IMG/VR virus record: IMGVR_UViG_3300037455_000372
Span: 267,710-331,709 of that record
Source: a virus
Lineage: Duplodnaviria; Heunggongvirae; Uroviricota; Caudoviricetes
Direction: 5' to 3' (one strand)
DNA: 64,000 nucleotides
Shown: piece after piece, positions 10,174 through 19,371 of the stretch
Position numbering within the stretch: the stretch's first letter is position 1
Layout: the number at the start of each line of letters is the position of its first letter
Notes under the pieces: model-generated
Seen by the model: the letters and a program-made list of their open reading frames with translations, nothing else
The model's database searches: none
What the model was told of the DNA's origin: nothing
Position numbers and translations under genes: made by a program

Positions 10174-10368
10174 ATGCAAGATTCCAAGGTTCGCAACATT
10201 CTGACCAAGGTCAAGGGTATGAGCAATGCCGGACAGTCTCCGGTTCCCTACATCGACGGCGTTCTTGACACCATCGACGCTCAGCCAACCGTAGAGACGA
10301 CCGAGAAGCCTAAGAAGGCTCTCTTTGCGGCAAACTACGGAAACCCGAACGCCAAGGCTCTATTTTAG
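10174..10368 (+). CDS. small hypothetical protein
   Basis: 64 aa; ATAAACT motif at 10141. Confidence 0.6.
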   Translation: MQDSKVRNILTKVKGMSNAGQSPVPYIDGVLDTIDAQPTVETTEKPKKALFAANYGNPNAKALF

Positions 10369-10923
10369 CATTTTCCAGTCGTTTCTGGCTTTTTCCAAGG
10401 CGGAGTCGAATTCAGACTTCGCCTTTTTCATATAGGTGGCTAGGTAGTTCGAGAGCAGATCCTTCGCCTTGGCTTCTTTTCCGGGCATATAGTAGACTAT
10501 CGAACTGGAGTCGAAGATTCCGTCACGTTCGACCCGGTCTAGGATTGCGTCGTCCAGCGTTTCGGCGCACCCCTTGTAGATTCCACGAACCAAGTCCCAG
10601 CCGATGAAAAGGATGTTCTCGTCAGGTAACTCTTCGAGGTATGACGTATGCTCGTTCCCTTGCATATCCTCGAAGATGACGCACTTTCCCTTGGTCGAGT
10701 TCACTACAGACTTCACTATCATCGATTCGTCGAACTTTTCCGCGTGCTGCCCGGACGTGGCATCCGGATGGAATATCAGCTTGTGGTGGGTAGGACATAA
10801 CGGAATAGTAACCCTAGAGCTATGCTGAACGAACAGTTCCCTTGGGTGGATATGATGGAATTCTATAAGCGAACGGCTTTTAGTCTCGTAGTTACAGCCG
10901 GGAAAGCAACATTTGTAGGACAT
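10360..10923 (-). CDS. HNH endonuclease-like protein
   Basis: CCFPGC...EFHHIHP...IPLCPTHH; start reassigned to MSYKCC. Confidence 0.75.
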   Translation of the reverse strand: MSYKCCFPGCNYETKSRSLIEFHHIHPRELFVQHSSRVTIPLCPTHHKLIFHPDATSGQHAEKFDESMIVKSVVNSTKGKCVIFEDMQGNEHTSYLEELPDENILFIGWDLVRGIYKGCAETLDDAILDRVERDGIFDSSSIVYYMPGKEAKAKDLLSNYLATYMKKAKSEFDSALEKARNDWKMLK

Positions 10924-10989
10924 AACCACATAATAGAAAATAGGCGTTTTGGACTCAAATATGTACATAATTCGCTATTTTGGTTATAT

Positions 10990-11018
10990 TTGCTCGTTTT
11001 GGCGCATAATGCTATATT
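10990..11018 (+). promoter_or_regulatory. sigma70-type promoter for the radical SAM operon
   Basis: TTGCTC-17-TATATT with extended -10 TG; ATG 7 nt downstream. Confidence 0.65.
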
Positions 11019-11025
11019 TCAGCCT

Positions 11026-12105
11026 ATGGAAAAGAAAAAGCTTTTATTTTTTATTGGTTCCCCAGTTTTGGGACGATATATCAACGGTAACCATTCCGTA
11101 ACTCTTTGGGCGGACGGTTCCAAGCACCGCGCTACAGGTCATTGGGAAGACAAGAAGAAGCAGTTTCCGTTTTTTAAGAGGATGAAGGCCACGATCTTGG
11201 AAGCATTTCACCGGAAGCCGACTGAATATGCTTGGGTTAAGGATGACCAAGACCATCTCTATTTCGATTTCCCGGAGAACTTTGATATCAAGATTACGGA
11301 CCAGTGCGACGGCGGTTGCGCATATTGCCACGAAAATTCTACCGTAAACGGTAAGCACGGCGACTTGCGCGGAATGGAAGCGGTATTTCGATCGCTGCAC
11401 CGAGGTACAGAAGCCGCTATCGGGGGTGGCAACGCGTTGGCTCACCCAGACCTGAAGTGGCTTCTCAACGTGCTCAAGGAACAGGGCGTTGTAGCCAATA
11501 TCACCGTCAACCAGCGTCACTTGCAGAAGTATCGCGAAATGCTTCTCCAGCTCGTCAATGACAAGCTCGTACACGGTATCGGCGTATCTCTGACGGATTC
11601 GGCTAACCAAGACGACTTGAAAATCGTCGAGGAGCTGGGAAAGAACGTGGTAATCCACGTAATCGCCGGTATCTTCTCCGAGAAGGACATTCCGTTCGTG
11701 AAAGGCCGCAAGATGCTTATCCTTGGGTATAAGGATTTGCGACGTGGTCACAGCCTCTTGGAACACCACAGCGAAGACATCAAGGCTAAGATCCAGTGGA
11801 TCAAGGAATACTTGCCCACTTTGAAGGACGAAACGAAGCTCATTTCGTTTGACTGCCTCGGTATCGAGCAGATCGACCCCAAGACCGTTCTGAAATTGTC
11901 CGACGACGAGTTCAATTATCTGTACCAAGGAAGCGACACCGACGTTTTCGATAGCGAAGGCCATATCGCTTGCAGTACGATGTACATCGACGTTCCCAAT
12001 ATGACGGTTGCTCGTATGAGTACGGCGTCGCTCGATAAGCGTTTCCCATTCACCGGCAAGGAGAACATTTCTGACTTGCTGAAGCTGACTACACAAGGAT
12101 GGTAA
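11026..12105 (+). CDS. radical SAM enzyme
   Basis: DIKITDQCDGGCAYCHE (CxxxCxxC), AIGGGN, NITVN, GIGVS; no SPASM Cys cluster; start reassigned to 11026. Confidence 0.9.
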   Translation: MEKKKLLFFIGSPVLGRYINGNHSVTLWADGSKHRATGHWEDKKKQFPFFKRMKATILEAFHRKPTEYAWVKDDQDHLYFDFPENFDIKITDQCDGGCAYCHENSTVNGKHGDLRGMEAVFRSLHRGTEAAIGGGNALAHPDLKWLLNVLKEQGVVANITVNQRHLQKYREMLLQLVNDKLVHGIGVSLTDSANQDDLKIVEELGKNVVIHVIAGIFSEKDIPFVKGRKMLILGYKDLRRGHSLLEHHSEDIKAKIQWIKEYLPTLKDETKLISFDCLGIEQIDPKTVLKLSDDEFNYLYQGSDTDVFDSEGHIACSTMYIDVPNMTVARMSTASLDKRFPFTGKENISDLLKLTTQGW

Positions 12106-12108
12106 TGT

Positions 12109-12408
12109 ATGGCCGCTAAGAAGGACATCACTGAATATTGCTTTTTCCGGTTCAACACGCTTGGCAATAGCGTAACAAGCGTCAACATTTTCAAGAGCAC
12201 CAGCCGAGCCGAAATCGTGAAGCAATGGAAGGAAAAATCTAGGAGTTCGGACACCTCCCCCATATTCAAGGGGTTCGTCCCTCATATGCCCAAGAAAAAG
12301 AAGGTTGATTCAGATGCTGATTTCTGGACTAATTTATTTGGTTCTATGCATATAGCTGACCAACCGAAGAAATCGACTAAGAAATCGACTAAGAAAGGAA
12401 GCAAGTAA
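12109..12408 (+). CDS. small basic hypothetical protein
   Basis: 99 aa, Lys-rich tail with KKST x2; stop overlaps next ATG. Confidence 0.65.
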   Translation: MAAKKDITEYCFFRFNTLGNSVTSVNIFKSTSRAEIVKQWKEKSRSSDTSPIFKGFVPHMPKKKKVDSDADFWTNLFGSMHIADQPKKSTKKSTKKGSK

Positions 12409-13100
12409 TGGAAACATTTCGCTACGGTTCGTTCGAGACCAATTCCAGTTCCGAACACACGATGACGTACTGCAGCGATCCCAGAACGGCTGACGAGCTT
12501 CCGGAACTTGCCGAAAACGGCAACTTGGAAATCGAGATCAAGCATTTCTGGCATTGCGGCGGCGAAGGTTGTGAAACCAGCGACCTCCGTGACATCATCG
12601 AGTATCTGTATATGCTTGCGGCGAACGCCGGTACCGTGGATATTTACCCCGGCACGCCGGAAGAGTCGTTCGCGGCATATGAAGACCAGATTCGCAGTCT
12701 CTACAAGTTCTTCGACAAGGAGCCGCCGAAGCACGTCACGGCCTACTTCTTGGATGTGAATGACCAGAGACACGAATACCGTAACAATGGTTCGTTGTAC
12801 GAGTTTCCCGTATTTGTGAATGGTCTAAAGGAAAATGAAGGCTATGAAATCTTTATGGACGGCCACGATTATTTCGAGAGTCCTGAAGATTTCCATAAGG
12901 AATTCTATCCTAACCATAAGGGTGCCTTGGATAAGGGTGTATGGGCGAAGCACTGCATCGGCATCGCGTGTGGTCTGTCGTGGTGTCCCTATACGCATTC
13001 GTCGAATTATTTTTACGACTGTTACGACGAAAACGATGAAAACCGTACCGCTTGGGACCTGTTGACTACGAAGTCGACACTGGAATTTATTCATACTTAG
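12408..13100 (+). CDS. FETNSSS-motif protein 1
   Basis: METFRYGSFETNSSSEHTMTY; TAATG coupling. Confidence 0.85.
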   Translation: METFRYGSFETNSSSEHTMTYCSDPRTADELPELAENGNLEIEIKHFWHCGGEGCETSDLRDIIEYLYMLAANAGTVDIYPGTPEESFAAYEDQIRSLYKFFDKEPPKHVTAYFLDVNDQRHEYRNNGSLYEFPVFVNGLKENEGYEIFMDGHDYFESPEDFHKEFYPNHKGALDKGVWAKHCIGIACGLSWCPYTHSSNYFYDCYDENDENRTAWDLLTTKSTLEFIHT

Positions 13101-13108
13101 AGGAACTT

Positions 13109-13612
13109 ATGGAAACATTTCGAAAAGGAACCTTTGAAACCAATTCGTCTTCGTGTCACAGCATAACCTTCGCTGAAGGTTCGGCTCCAGACCAGACGGA
13201 ATGTGTACTTAATGTCACCGGCGAAAGTGACTTTGGATGGGAAGTCGAAAGGTATGATTCGCCGATTGACAAGATGAACTATGCGCTTATCGCCTATCAC
13301 TACATCTGTGCCGACGAAGACGAGTGCAAGTCCGTATTCAGAGAAATCAAGGAAGCGTTCGCTCGTCGCGGCGTTACCGTAGATTTCAACGAGGATAGCT
13401 CCTACCAGAAACCGGCAATCCGCTTTGAAAAGGTGTGGGAAGACGATGACACCCCGTCTGCAGTCACAACTGGATATATCGACCACCAGAGCGCACCCAA
13501 TGAAAGTGAAGACTGCGAACGTCTTGCCAAGATGTTCCGCGATTCGCCGGACGAGCTGTTTGACTTTGTATTTGGCAATTCCTATATTGAGACGGATAAC
13601 GATAACCGCTAG
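13109..13612 (+). CDS. FETNSSS-motif protein 2
   Basis: METFRKGTFETNSSSCHSITF; GYIDHQS; ends ETDNDNR; GAGGA RBS. Confidence 0.85.
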   Translation: METFRKGTFETNSSSCHSITFAEGSAPDQTECVLNVTGESDFGWEVERYDSPIDKMNYALIAYHYICADEDECKSVFREIKEAFARRGVTVDFNEDSSYQKPAIRFEKVWEDDDTPSAVTTGYIDHQSAPNESEDCERLAKMFRDSPDELFDFVFGNSYIETDNDNR

Positions 13613-13621
13613 GAGAATTCT

Positions 13622-14053
13622 ATGGAAACATTACGATGTGGCACATTTGAAACCAACTCCAGCTCTACGCATTGTATGACTATCGTAGACGAGGACGTTT
13701 TTGACAAATTTGAAGCTGGTTTGTACTACTGGGACTACAACAAAGAAGACATTGTAAGCACTGATACGATGTTCAAGGGGTATCTCACGTGGGAAACTAA
13801 CGCGAGCGAGCGCGACCGCTTGTCGAAGCCTATGACGGTCGACCAGTTCGTAAAATGCCTTGAATTGACACACGATGGGTCGACCCCGGATGAGGACGAG
13901 ATGAAGTTCCGCTTGAAAGAGTTCGAGGCGTATATTAAGCAAAGTGATTACGCGTCGCTCAAGGCTCTCGAAAGTGATTATGAATGGGAAGCTTGCAAGA
14001 AGACGGTCGGCGACAAGACTGTCGTGGCATTTGCAAAATATGGGTGGTCCTAA
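13622..14053 (+). CDS. FETNSSS-motif protein 3
   Basis: METLRCGTFETNSSSTHCMTI; AGGAG RBS. Confidence 0.85.
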   Translation: METLRCGTFETNSSSTHCMTIVDEDVFDKFEAGLYYWDYNKEDIVSTDTMFKGYLTWETNASERDRLSKPMTVDQFVKCLELTHDGSTPDEDEMKFRLKEFEAYIKQSDYASLKALESDYEWEACKKTVGDKTVVAFAKYGWS

Positions 14054-14628
14054 TGGAAACTTTTCGTAACGGTACTTTCGAAACTAACTCCTCGTCGTGC
14101 CACTGTATGGTGGTAGCCGGGGAGAACGACTTCCAAAAGTTTGTCGATGGCGAGCTGTTTGCCGACTCCGGTTCTTACAAGTGTCCCTATCAGGCCACTT
14201 TGATTACGCTGGATGAAGTGGTTAGACGCTACCAGAAGCATGTCGACGACGAGAACAAGTATGAAGAGGAGCATAATGCAAGCTGGCGGACGAAAATGAT
14301 TTCCGCCGAGATGATTAAGTGGATTATGCTCCATCCCGATTTCTTCGACCCAGATATCGATGTCAACTATGAAAAATATATGACCGAGCATCGTGACGGG
14401 TTGTCCGACGAGGAATTCAACAAGGCCGTCGAAGACCAATTTGAGGCGGTTGACTATTTCACGTCGTGGATCGATATGGACTACACGCCGTATTCCTACC
14501 GTATGCTTGACTACTCGACTGGCAACTTCACTAGCGAGTACGACGACTACAAATCCGCTCCGGTACACGATGTCACGATGAAGGACGGTTCTACCGTCAA
14601 AGAACTTAACGCTGTGTGGTACTACTAA
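14053..14628 (+). CDS. FETNSSS-motif protein 4
   Basis: METFRNGTFETNSSSCHCMVV; TAATG coupling. Confidence 0.85.
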   Translation: METFRNGTFETNSSSCHCMVVAGENDFQKFVDGELFADSGSYKCPYQATLITLDEVVRRYQKHVDDENKYEEEHNASWRTKMISAEMIKWIMLHPDFFDPDIDVNYEKYMTEHRDGLSDEEFNKAVEDQFEAVDYFTSWIDMDYTPYSYRMLDYSTGNFTSEYDDYKSAPVHDVTMKDGSTVKELNAVWYY

Positions 14629-15350
14629 TGGAAACTTTCAGATCTGGAACATTCGAAACTAACTCTAGCTCCACTCACTGTCTTTCCGTAACCAAGGAAA
14701 CTCGTCACGTTTCCGCGTTCCCTGAACTGAACGCGGATGGCTCCATCGACATCGAGGCCAAGCATTATTGGGAATGCGACGAGTCTTGCCATACGGTCGT
14801 ACTTGAGGAAATCATCGAGTACATCTGTATGCTCGGCTATGCGTGCGAACGCAACCTTGACTCGGCATTGAGGCTTGTCCAAGAAGGTTACGAGATTGCC
14901 GGACTGAAACCGCCGACCAAGATCAACCTTTATGCGGTGACTAGGGACGGTTCTAGGATTTCTTACACGGAGCCGGGGTGCCGCTACATCAACGGTCCGC
15001 GTCGAGACTACTACGGCAACGAGACTCAATATTATTACATCTACGTACCGGTGGGCAAGGACGAGCGAGAGAGGAAACTGTTCACCCACACGCTCCACGC
15101 CGAGGTACCGGTGGATAAGATCGATGCCTATGTTAAGGAAAACCCGCACCTTATCATCGACGACGGACTGGAACTGAAGGACACACCCATACTGAAGTAC
15201 CGGGTCGGGGTCAATCCAAACGACCTGACCAGAGATACCTTGGCCAACGCCTTGGACAACCTGACGACCAAGCCGTTCGGTTGCGGCAAGGAATGTTCCA
15301 TTTTGGAAGCCTTCAGGTACGTTTCCGTGCTCGATTTCTGGCATTCTTAG
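14628..15350 (+). CDS. FETNSSS-motif protein 5
   Basis: METFRSGTFETNSSSTHCLSV; TAATG coupling. Confidence 0.85.
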   Translation: METFRSGTFETNSSSTHCLSVTKETRHVSAFPELNADGSIDIEAKHYWECDESCHTVVLEEIIEYICMLGYACERNLDSALRLVQEGYEIAGLKPPTKINLYAVTRDGSRISYTEPGCRYINGPRRDYYGNETQYYYIYVPVGKDERERKLFTHTLHAEVPVDKIDAYVKENPHLIIDDGLELKDTPILKYRVGVNPNDLTRDTLANALDNLTTKPFGCGKECSILEAFRYVSVLDFWHS

Positions 15351-15389
15351 GCCGCCTACCCCCTAAACTTAAAGGAAAGGGGGTAGCCT

Positions 15390-15911
15390 ATGTCCGTGCC
15401 AGTTGTAAGACTTGTTGGAGATATCACCGAGGAAAGCGTCTCGCCCGTTATCGAGGAACTGAGCCACCTACCGCACAATGCGGAAAAGGTGGTTCTTATC
15501 ATAGATAGCGACGGCGGTTCTCTGGAAGAAGGATTTAGGCTCATAGACGCCATTAGGATCCTCCAGAACAAGGGGTTGACCGTCCATTCGGTAATAACCG
15601 GAAAAGCCTATTCTATGGGTATCTACATCGCACTGGCGGCCAAGGAACGGACTGCCTACCAGAGTGCAAGGATTATGACCCACTGCGCCCGTTACGACGG
15701 CCTCGGAGAGGAGACCCAGTACACGGCGAAAGACCTCAAGACAATGTGTCAAGAAATGGAGACGTATGACCGTCTCCTTAAAGGTGTTATGGTGTCTGCC
15801 GGGGTGGAACCACAGACAGCCGACTTGCTGATGGCAAAGGACACCTATTTCGGTGTCGACCAAGCGATTCACTTGGGACTGGTACAGTCGGTCGAACGCG
15901 ACATAATCTGA
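15390..15911 (+). CDS. ClpP-like serine protease
   Basis: IDSDGG, GKAYSMG (catalytic Ser), IMTH, DTYF motifs. Confidence 0.85.
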   Translation: MSVPVVRLVGDITEESVSPVIEELSHLPHNAEKVVLIIDSDGGSLEEGFRLIDAIRILQNKGLTVHSVITGKAYSMGIYIALAAKERTAYQSARIMTHCARYDGLGEETQYTAKDLKTMCQEMETYDRLLKGVMVSAGVEPQTADLLMAKDTYFGVDQAIHLGLVQSVERDII

Positions 15912-16333
15912 AGATTACGGCGTTCCATTTCTTCCTTGACGTGCTTCGCCATATTCTTGAAGAAGTCGTCAGGACAGTTGGTAAGGACGAACCAGTCGTT
16001 CTCCGGCTTGATGTTGCCGAAGCTGTCCTCGAACGTGGCGTCGCAGTGCAGCTTGTCGAAATCGAAGTCCATTTCGACAGAAAACAGGTGTAGGCTCTTC
16101 TTCGACTGGTACTTGCGTCGGCCTATTTCAAAAATTTCGACATTGTCCGGAATGACGAGTCCGGTCTCTTCTTTCAATTCACGCTTTGCCGCGTCGAGCG
16201 GAGTTTCTCCGTCCTCGATGTGGCCTTTCGGAATATCCATCGAGTTTAACCCGTCGTGGTGTCCGGTGGGGTGACATCCGAGAATCTTCCCGGTGTCCTT
16301 CTTGATGATTATAAATCCACAACTTAGTTCCAT
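15869..16333 (-). CDS. NUDIX hydrolase
   Basis: PKGHIEDGETPLDAAKRELKEETG Nudix box; start reassigned to MELSCG; 3' end overlaps the ClpP-like gene. Confidence 0.9.
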   Translation of the reverse strand: MELSCGFIIIKKDTGKILGCHPTGHHDGLNSMDIPKGHIEDGETPLDAAKRELKEETGLVIPDNVEIFEIGRRKYQSKKSLHLFSVEMDFDFDKLHCDATFEDSFGNIKPENDWFVLTNCPDDFFKNMAKHVKEEMERRNLQIMSRSTDCTSPK

Positions 16334-16385
16334 ACTCCGAAATATAGCAAAATATAAACTGCAAGCAAACAACGGAGTGGACTAA

Positions 16386-16946
16386 ATGGAAACTTCGCAA
16401 GCTATTGCAACAATTATCAACCGTGGCAAGGAACGCCACTACCTATCCGATGGCGATATCGCCACGCTGAAGAATCTGGCGAAGGATGCCTCCGCCGAAG
16501 AAGCCCAGCTTATCAAGAACGCGATTACGACCGAGAAGGCCGACAGAAAGATTGCAAAGGATCGTCCGAAGGACGAATCCATATGCGACGCTATCAAGGG
16601 TATCGTGGAATCCGTTGGGGTCAGCGAGGCTATGGCAAAGTCGGTGAACGAACTGGCCGCCGTTCTGTTCGAAAGCGATACCATCAAGGTTGGCGGAAAG
16701 CGCATCGAAATCGACGACAACAACTACCAGCTCATTTCAGACCTCGAAGCGAACTTGGACGAATTTTCCAAAATAGATGTCGGCGGATGCCTAGAACAGG
16801 CAAAGAAGCAGTTCGACCCGGACAATAACCGCGACGTGGAAGCCGGAAAGCTGTACGACTACCAGAAAAAGTTCTCGGATGCGCGAGATATTTGTAACAA
16901 GATTGTAAACATTCTGGACCAGTTACAGGTCACAGACGACGATTAG
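16386..16946 (+). CDS. hypothetical protein
   Basis: GGAG RBS; ATAAACT at 16354. Confidence 0.7.
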   Translation: METSQAIATIINRGKERHYLSDGDIATLKNLAKDASAEEAQLIKNAITTEKADRKIAKDRPKDESICDAIKGIVESVGVSEAMAKSVNELAAVLFESDTIKVGGKRIEIDDNNYQLISDLEANLDEFSKIDVGGCLEQAKKQFDPDNNRDVEAGKLYDYQKKFSDARDICNKIVNILDQLQVTDDD

Positions 16947-16954
16947 GAGACAAA

Positions 16955-17824
16955 ATGAATCCATACTTGGCTATCAGTATTAACGGTGGCGGTGCTCTTG
17001 GCATCGGTCCCCTCGCTTTAATGTGCCGTATCGAGCAAGATACCGGAAAGAGAATCGGCGAACTGGCGGTTGCTTTCGCCGGAACGTCGACCGGTTCCAT
17101 CATTGCGGCTGGCCTCAACGAGGGGTACTCGGCGCACGACTTGTACGACCTGTACTACCGTAACGTGGGCAAGATTTTTACGAAGTATTCTTGGTACAAG
17201 CGTCTCGAACCGAAGTGTCCGAAATACGACAATTCCTACTTGACGAAGCTGCTGAAGGAAAAGTTCCCCGGCAAGATGTCCGCTTGGAAGAAGCCCATCT
17301 TCATCCCCACGACATTTACTAACGGTAAGAGCCGCGAGAAGGTGTGGGACTTGGGCGACAAGGACGTGGACAAGTGGTTCGCCGTTTTGACAAGCTGTGC
17401 CGCGCCTACCTACTTTGACGTTATCGTCAAGGACGGTAATAGCTATGCTGACGGCGGTTTCTGGGCGAACTGCCCGATTGCCGTGCTCAACGCCGGTATG
17501 AAGGATTCGGCCTACCGTGGAAAGCTCCGCATTCTCGGTTTCAACACCGGTATGGACACACCAAACACGCTTGTCGGAAACCAGACCTTGCTCGGATGGG
17601 CATCCTATCTGTTGAGCGACTGGGTAGCCTACGCCGGTAAGAGCAATGACTACGAGGTTACCAAGGACCTTGGTGCCGAAAACGTGGTCGTGGCATCGCC
17701 TAGCAACGATTCTAAGATTGCTATGGACAAGACCGACAAGGCAACCCTTGACAAGGTCACTATGATATGGACGGAGTATTACGACAAGAACCGCGACGTG
17801 TTCCGTAACTTCGTACAAATTTAA
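16955..17824 (+). CDS. patatin-like phospholipase
   Basis: NGGGALG, GTSTG, SCAAPTYF, DGG motifs. Confidence 0.9.
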   Translation: MNPYLAISINGGGALGIGPLALMCRIEQDTGKRIGELAVAFAGTSTGSIIAAGLNEGYSAHDLYDLYYRNVGKIFTKYSWYKRLEPKCPKYDNSYLTKLLKEKFPGKMSAWKKPIFIPTTFTNGKSREKVWDLGDKDVDKWFAVLTSCAAPTYFDVIVKDGNSYADGGFWANCPIAVLNAGMKDSAYRGKLRILGFNTGMDTPNTLVGNQTLLGWASYLLSDWVAYAGKSNDYEVTKDLGAENVVVASPSNDSKIAMDKTDKATLDKVTMIWTEYYDKNRDVFRNFVQI

Positions 17825-17829
17825 TAACT

Positions 17830-17851
17830 AGCCGACTTCGGTCGGCTTTTT
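17830..17851 (+). terminator. intrinsic terminator
   Basis: AGCCGAC-TTCG-GTCGGCT + T run. Confidence 0.85.
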
Positions 17852-17888
17852 CATTGCATCCAAAATTCGACATTACTATATTTGTGGT

Positions 17889-18509
17889 ATGAACGAAAAG
17901 AACGACTATATTTCGGTTGCCGAGATGCTCGAATATATGCAGGGTCACGACAAGGCTCAGCATATGTACAACGATATGACCATCCTACGGCAAACCGTGC
18001 TTGACCCGGTGCAGAGCAGCAAGATCTATATCGGACGCTACCACTGCATATTCGAACCTCTGGGAAACGAACAGTTTGCGATTACGTGCAAGCCGCTCAG
18101 GATGTTTCACCTACCGTTGACCAAGAAGACTATCGACCTTATGGCGAGCCGCTATGAGCGTCGTATCTTGCCCGGCCATACCTCGGTTGATGCCAAGACG
18201 GACTTGGATTACCTTTACTACGGTCACGCAACCGAACCGATCGGCTACTGGTATTACGACGAACGCACTGGTTCTCGCCGCGCATATCTCTATCACGCGT
18301 CTTCCGACAAAACATTCATCCTGAAGTTTGACTGTGTTCTGAAGTACCTCATCGACGACGATGGTATGGAACATTGCTCCAACGAGGCCGAAGTGTCTAG
18401 CCGGATCACCGAGCTTACCGCCGCCGAGGAACAACCCGAACCTAAGTCCACAAGCAAAGTGTTCAAGATCGTTCAGACCATCAAGGACTTAATTAAACCA
18501 AAGGATTAA
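17889..18509 (+). CDS. hypothetical protein (leaderless)
   Basis: TTGCAT-17-TATATT 6 nt upstream. Confidence 0.7.
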   Translation: MNEKNDYISVAEMLEYMQGHDKAQHMYNDMTILRQTVLDPVQSSKIYIGRYHCIFEPLGNEQFAITCKPLRMFHLPLTKKTIDLMASRYERRILPGHTSVDAKTDLDYLYYGHATEPIGYWYYDERTGSRRAYLYHASSDKTFILKFDCVLKYLIDDDGMEHCSNEAEVSSRITELTAAEEQPEPKSTSKVFKIVQTIKDLIKPKD

Positions 18510-18511
18510 CT

Positions 18512-18967
18512 ATGTGCAATCCCGCTGAAGAAAAAGCTCCGTTGACCGTTACCGTCCAATACTTGAACAAGGATGTAAAACGCCTTGCAATCGAGAAGAA
18601 AGGTAACTGGATTGACCTTTATGCCGCAGAAACCGTCGTAATTCCCAAGGGTGAGTGGAAGCTCGTCCACCTTGGCGTTGCCATCAAGCTTCCTGAAGGC
18701 TACGAAGCCCATCTGGCTCCTCGTTCGAGCACGTTCAAGAACTGGCACATCATCCAGACGAACTCCGTCGGGGTTATCGATAACTCCTACTGCGGACCGA
18801 ATGACTGGTGGAAGATGCCGGTGTTCGCTATGGAAGATACCACAATCGAAGCTGGCCAGAAGATTGCCCAGTTCCGTGTTATGGAAATCCAGCCGCCGAT
18901 CAACATCGTTGAAGGTGAACTCGTCGGTGAAGACCGTGGTGGGTTCGGTTCAACCGGTAAGGTCTAA
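18512..18967 (+). CDS. dut: trimeric dUTPase
   Basis: IDL, APRSS, GVIDNSYCG, KIAQF, RGGFGSTG. Confidence 0.95.
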   Translation: MCNPAEEKAPLTVTVQYLNKDVKRLAIEKKGNWIDLYAAETVVIPKGEWKLVHLGVAIKLPEGYEAHLAPRSSTFKNWHIIQTNSVGVIDNSYCGPNDWWKMPVFAMEDTTIEAGQKIAQFRVMEIQPPINIVEGELVGEDRGGFGSTGKV

Positions 18968-18988
18968 TTAGAACTCATACAACCAATG

Positions 18989-19014
18989 GGTCGTGCCGTT
19001 TGGCACGGCCTTTT
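18989..19014 (+). terminator. intrinsic terminator
   Basis: GGTCGTGCC/GGCACGGCC + TTTT. Confidence 0.7.
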
Positions 19015-19031
19015 CTTCATAAACTACGGCT

Positions 19032-19331
19032 ATGAGAGAACTTCTTCACGCTTTTGCTCCATATCTCGGCGTACTCGGTTCATTCCTGTTCGCCATCGTA
19101 AATATCCCAGTAATCGTAAAGATTTATTCGCGGAAGTCCACCGAAGGAACTTCGCTGCTGTTTGCTCTGATATCGTTCTGCGCGAATATCTGCTGCGGTT
19201 TGTTCGTACTTGACAACAACCTAGTCACCGGGGTATGGCAATACCCGCTGTACGGAAACTACGGATTCGCGTTTTTCTGCTGTTGTTGGATGCTGTATCT
19301 GTTCTGGAAGTTCCGACAGAAGAAACAATGA
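19032..19331 (+). CDS. PQ-loop/SemiSWEET-like membrane protein
   Basis: three TM segments; IPVIVKIYSRKSTEGTS resembles the PQ-loop; late N. Confidence 0.65.
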   Translation: MRELLHAFAPYLGVLGSFLFAIVNIPVIVKIYSRKSTEGTSLLFALISFCANICCGLFVLDNNLVTGVWQYPLYGNYGFAFFCCCWMLYLFWKFRQKKQ

Positions 19332-19371
19332 GATAATTTCCTTGGTACGAACCAAATACCAAGGATGAAAA

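Noticed and set aside
10822-11025. N-terminal extensions in the ORF track (radical SAM, ligase, DUF4422s, CoaD, TerD1 and others)
   Set aside because: They run through promoters or neighbouring genes; downstream ATGs fit the RBS/promoter positions and family N-termini.
12367-12395. 12-nt tandem repeat AAGAAATCGACT x2, and the PKEE repeats at ~38490-38530
   Set aside because: Short in-frame low-complexity duplications with no sign of a regulatory or mobile role.
12408-14680. Repeated ~50-nt gene starts as a CRISPR, DGR or DNA repeat array
   Set aside because: Spacing is 430-700 nt and the copies differ at synonymous positions, so conservation is at protein level. No reverse transcriptase or cas gene is present.
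16955-17824. CBASS defence system
   Set aside because: No adjacent CD-NTase or Cap2/3; the only Pol-beta NTase is 10 kb away and RlaP-like.
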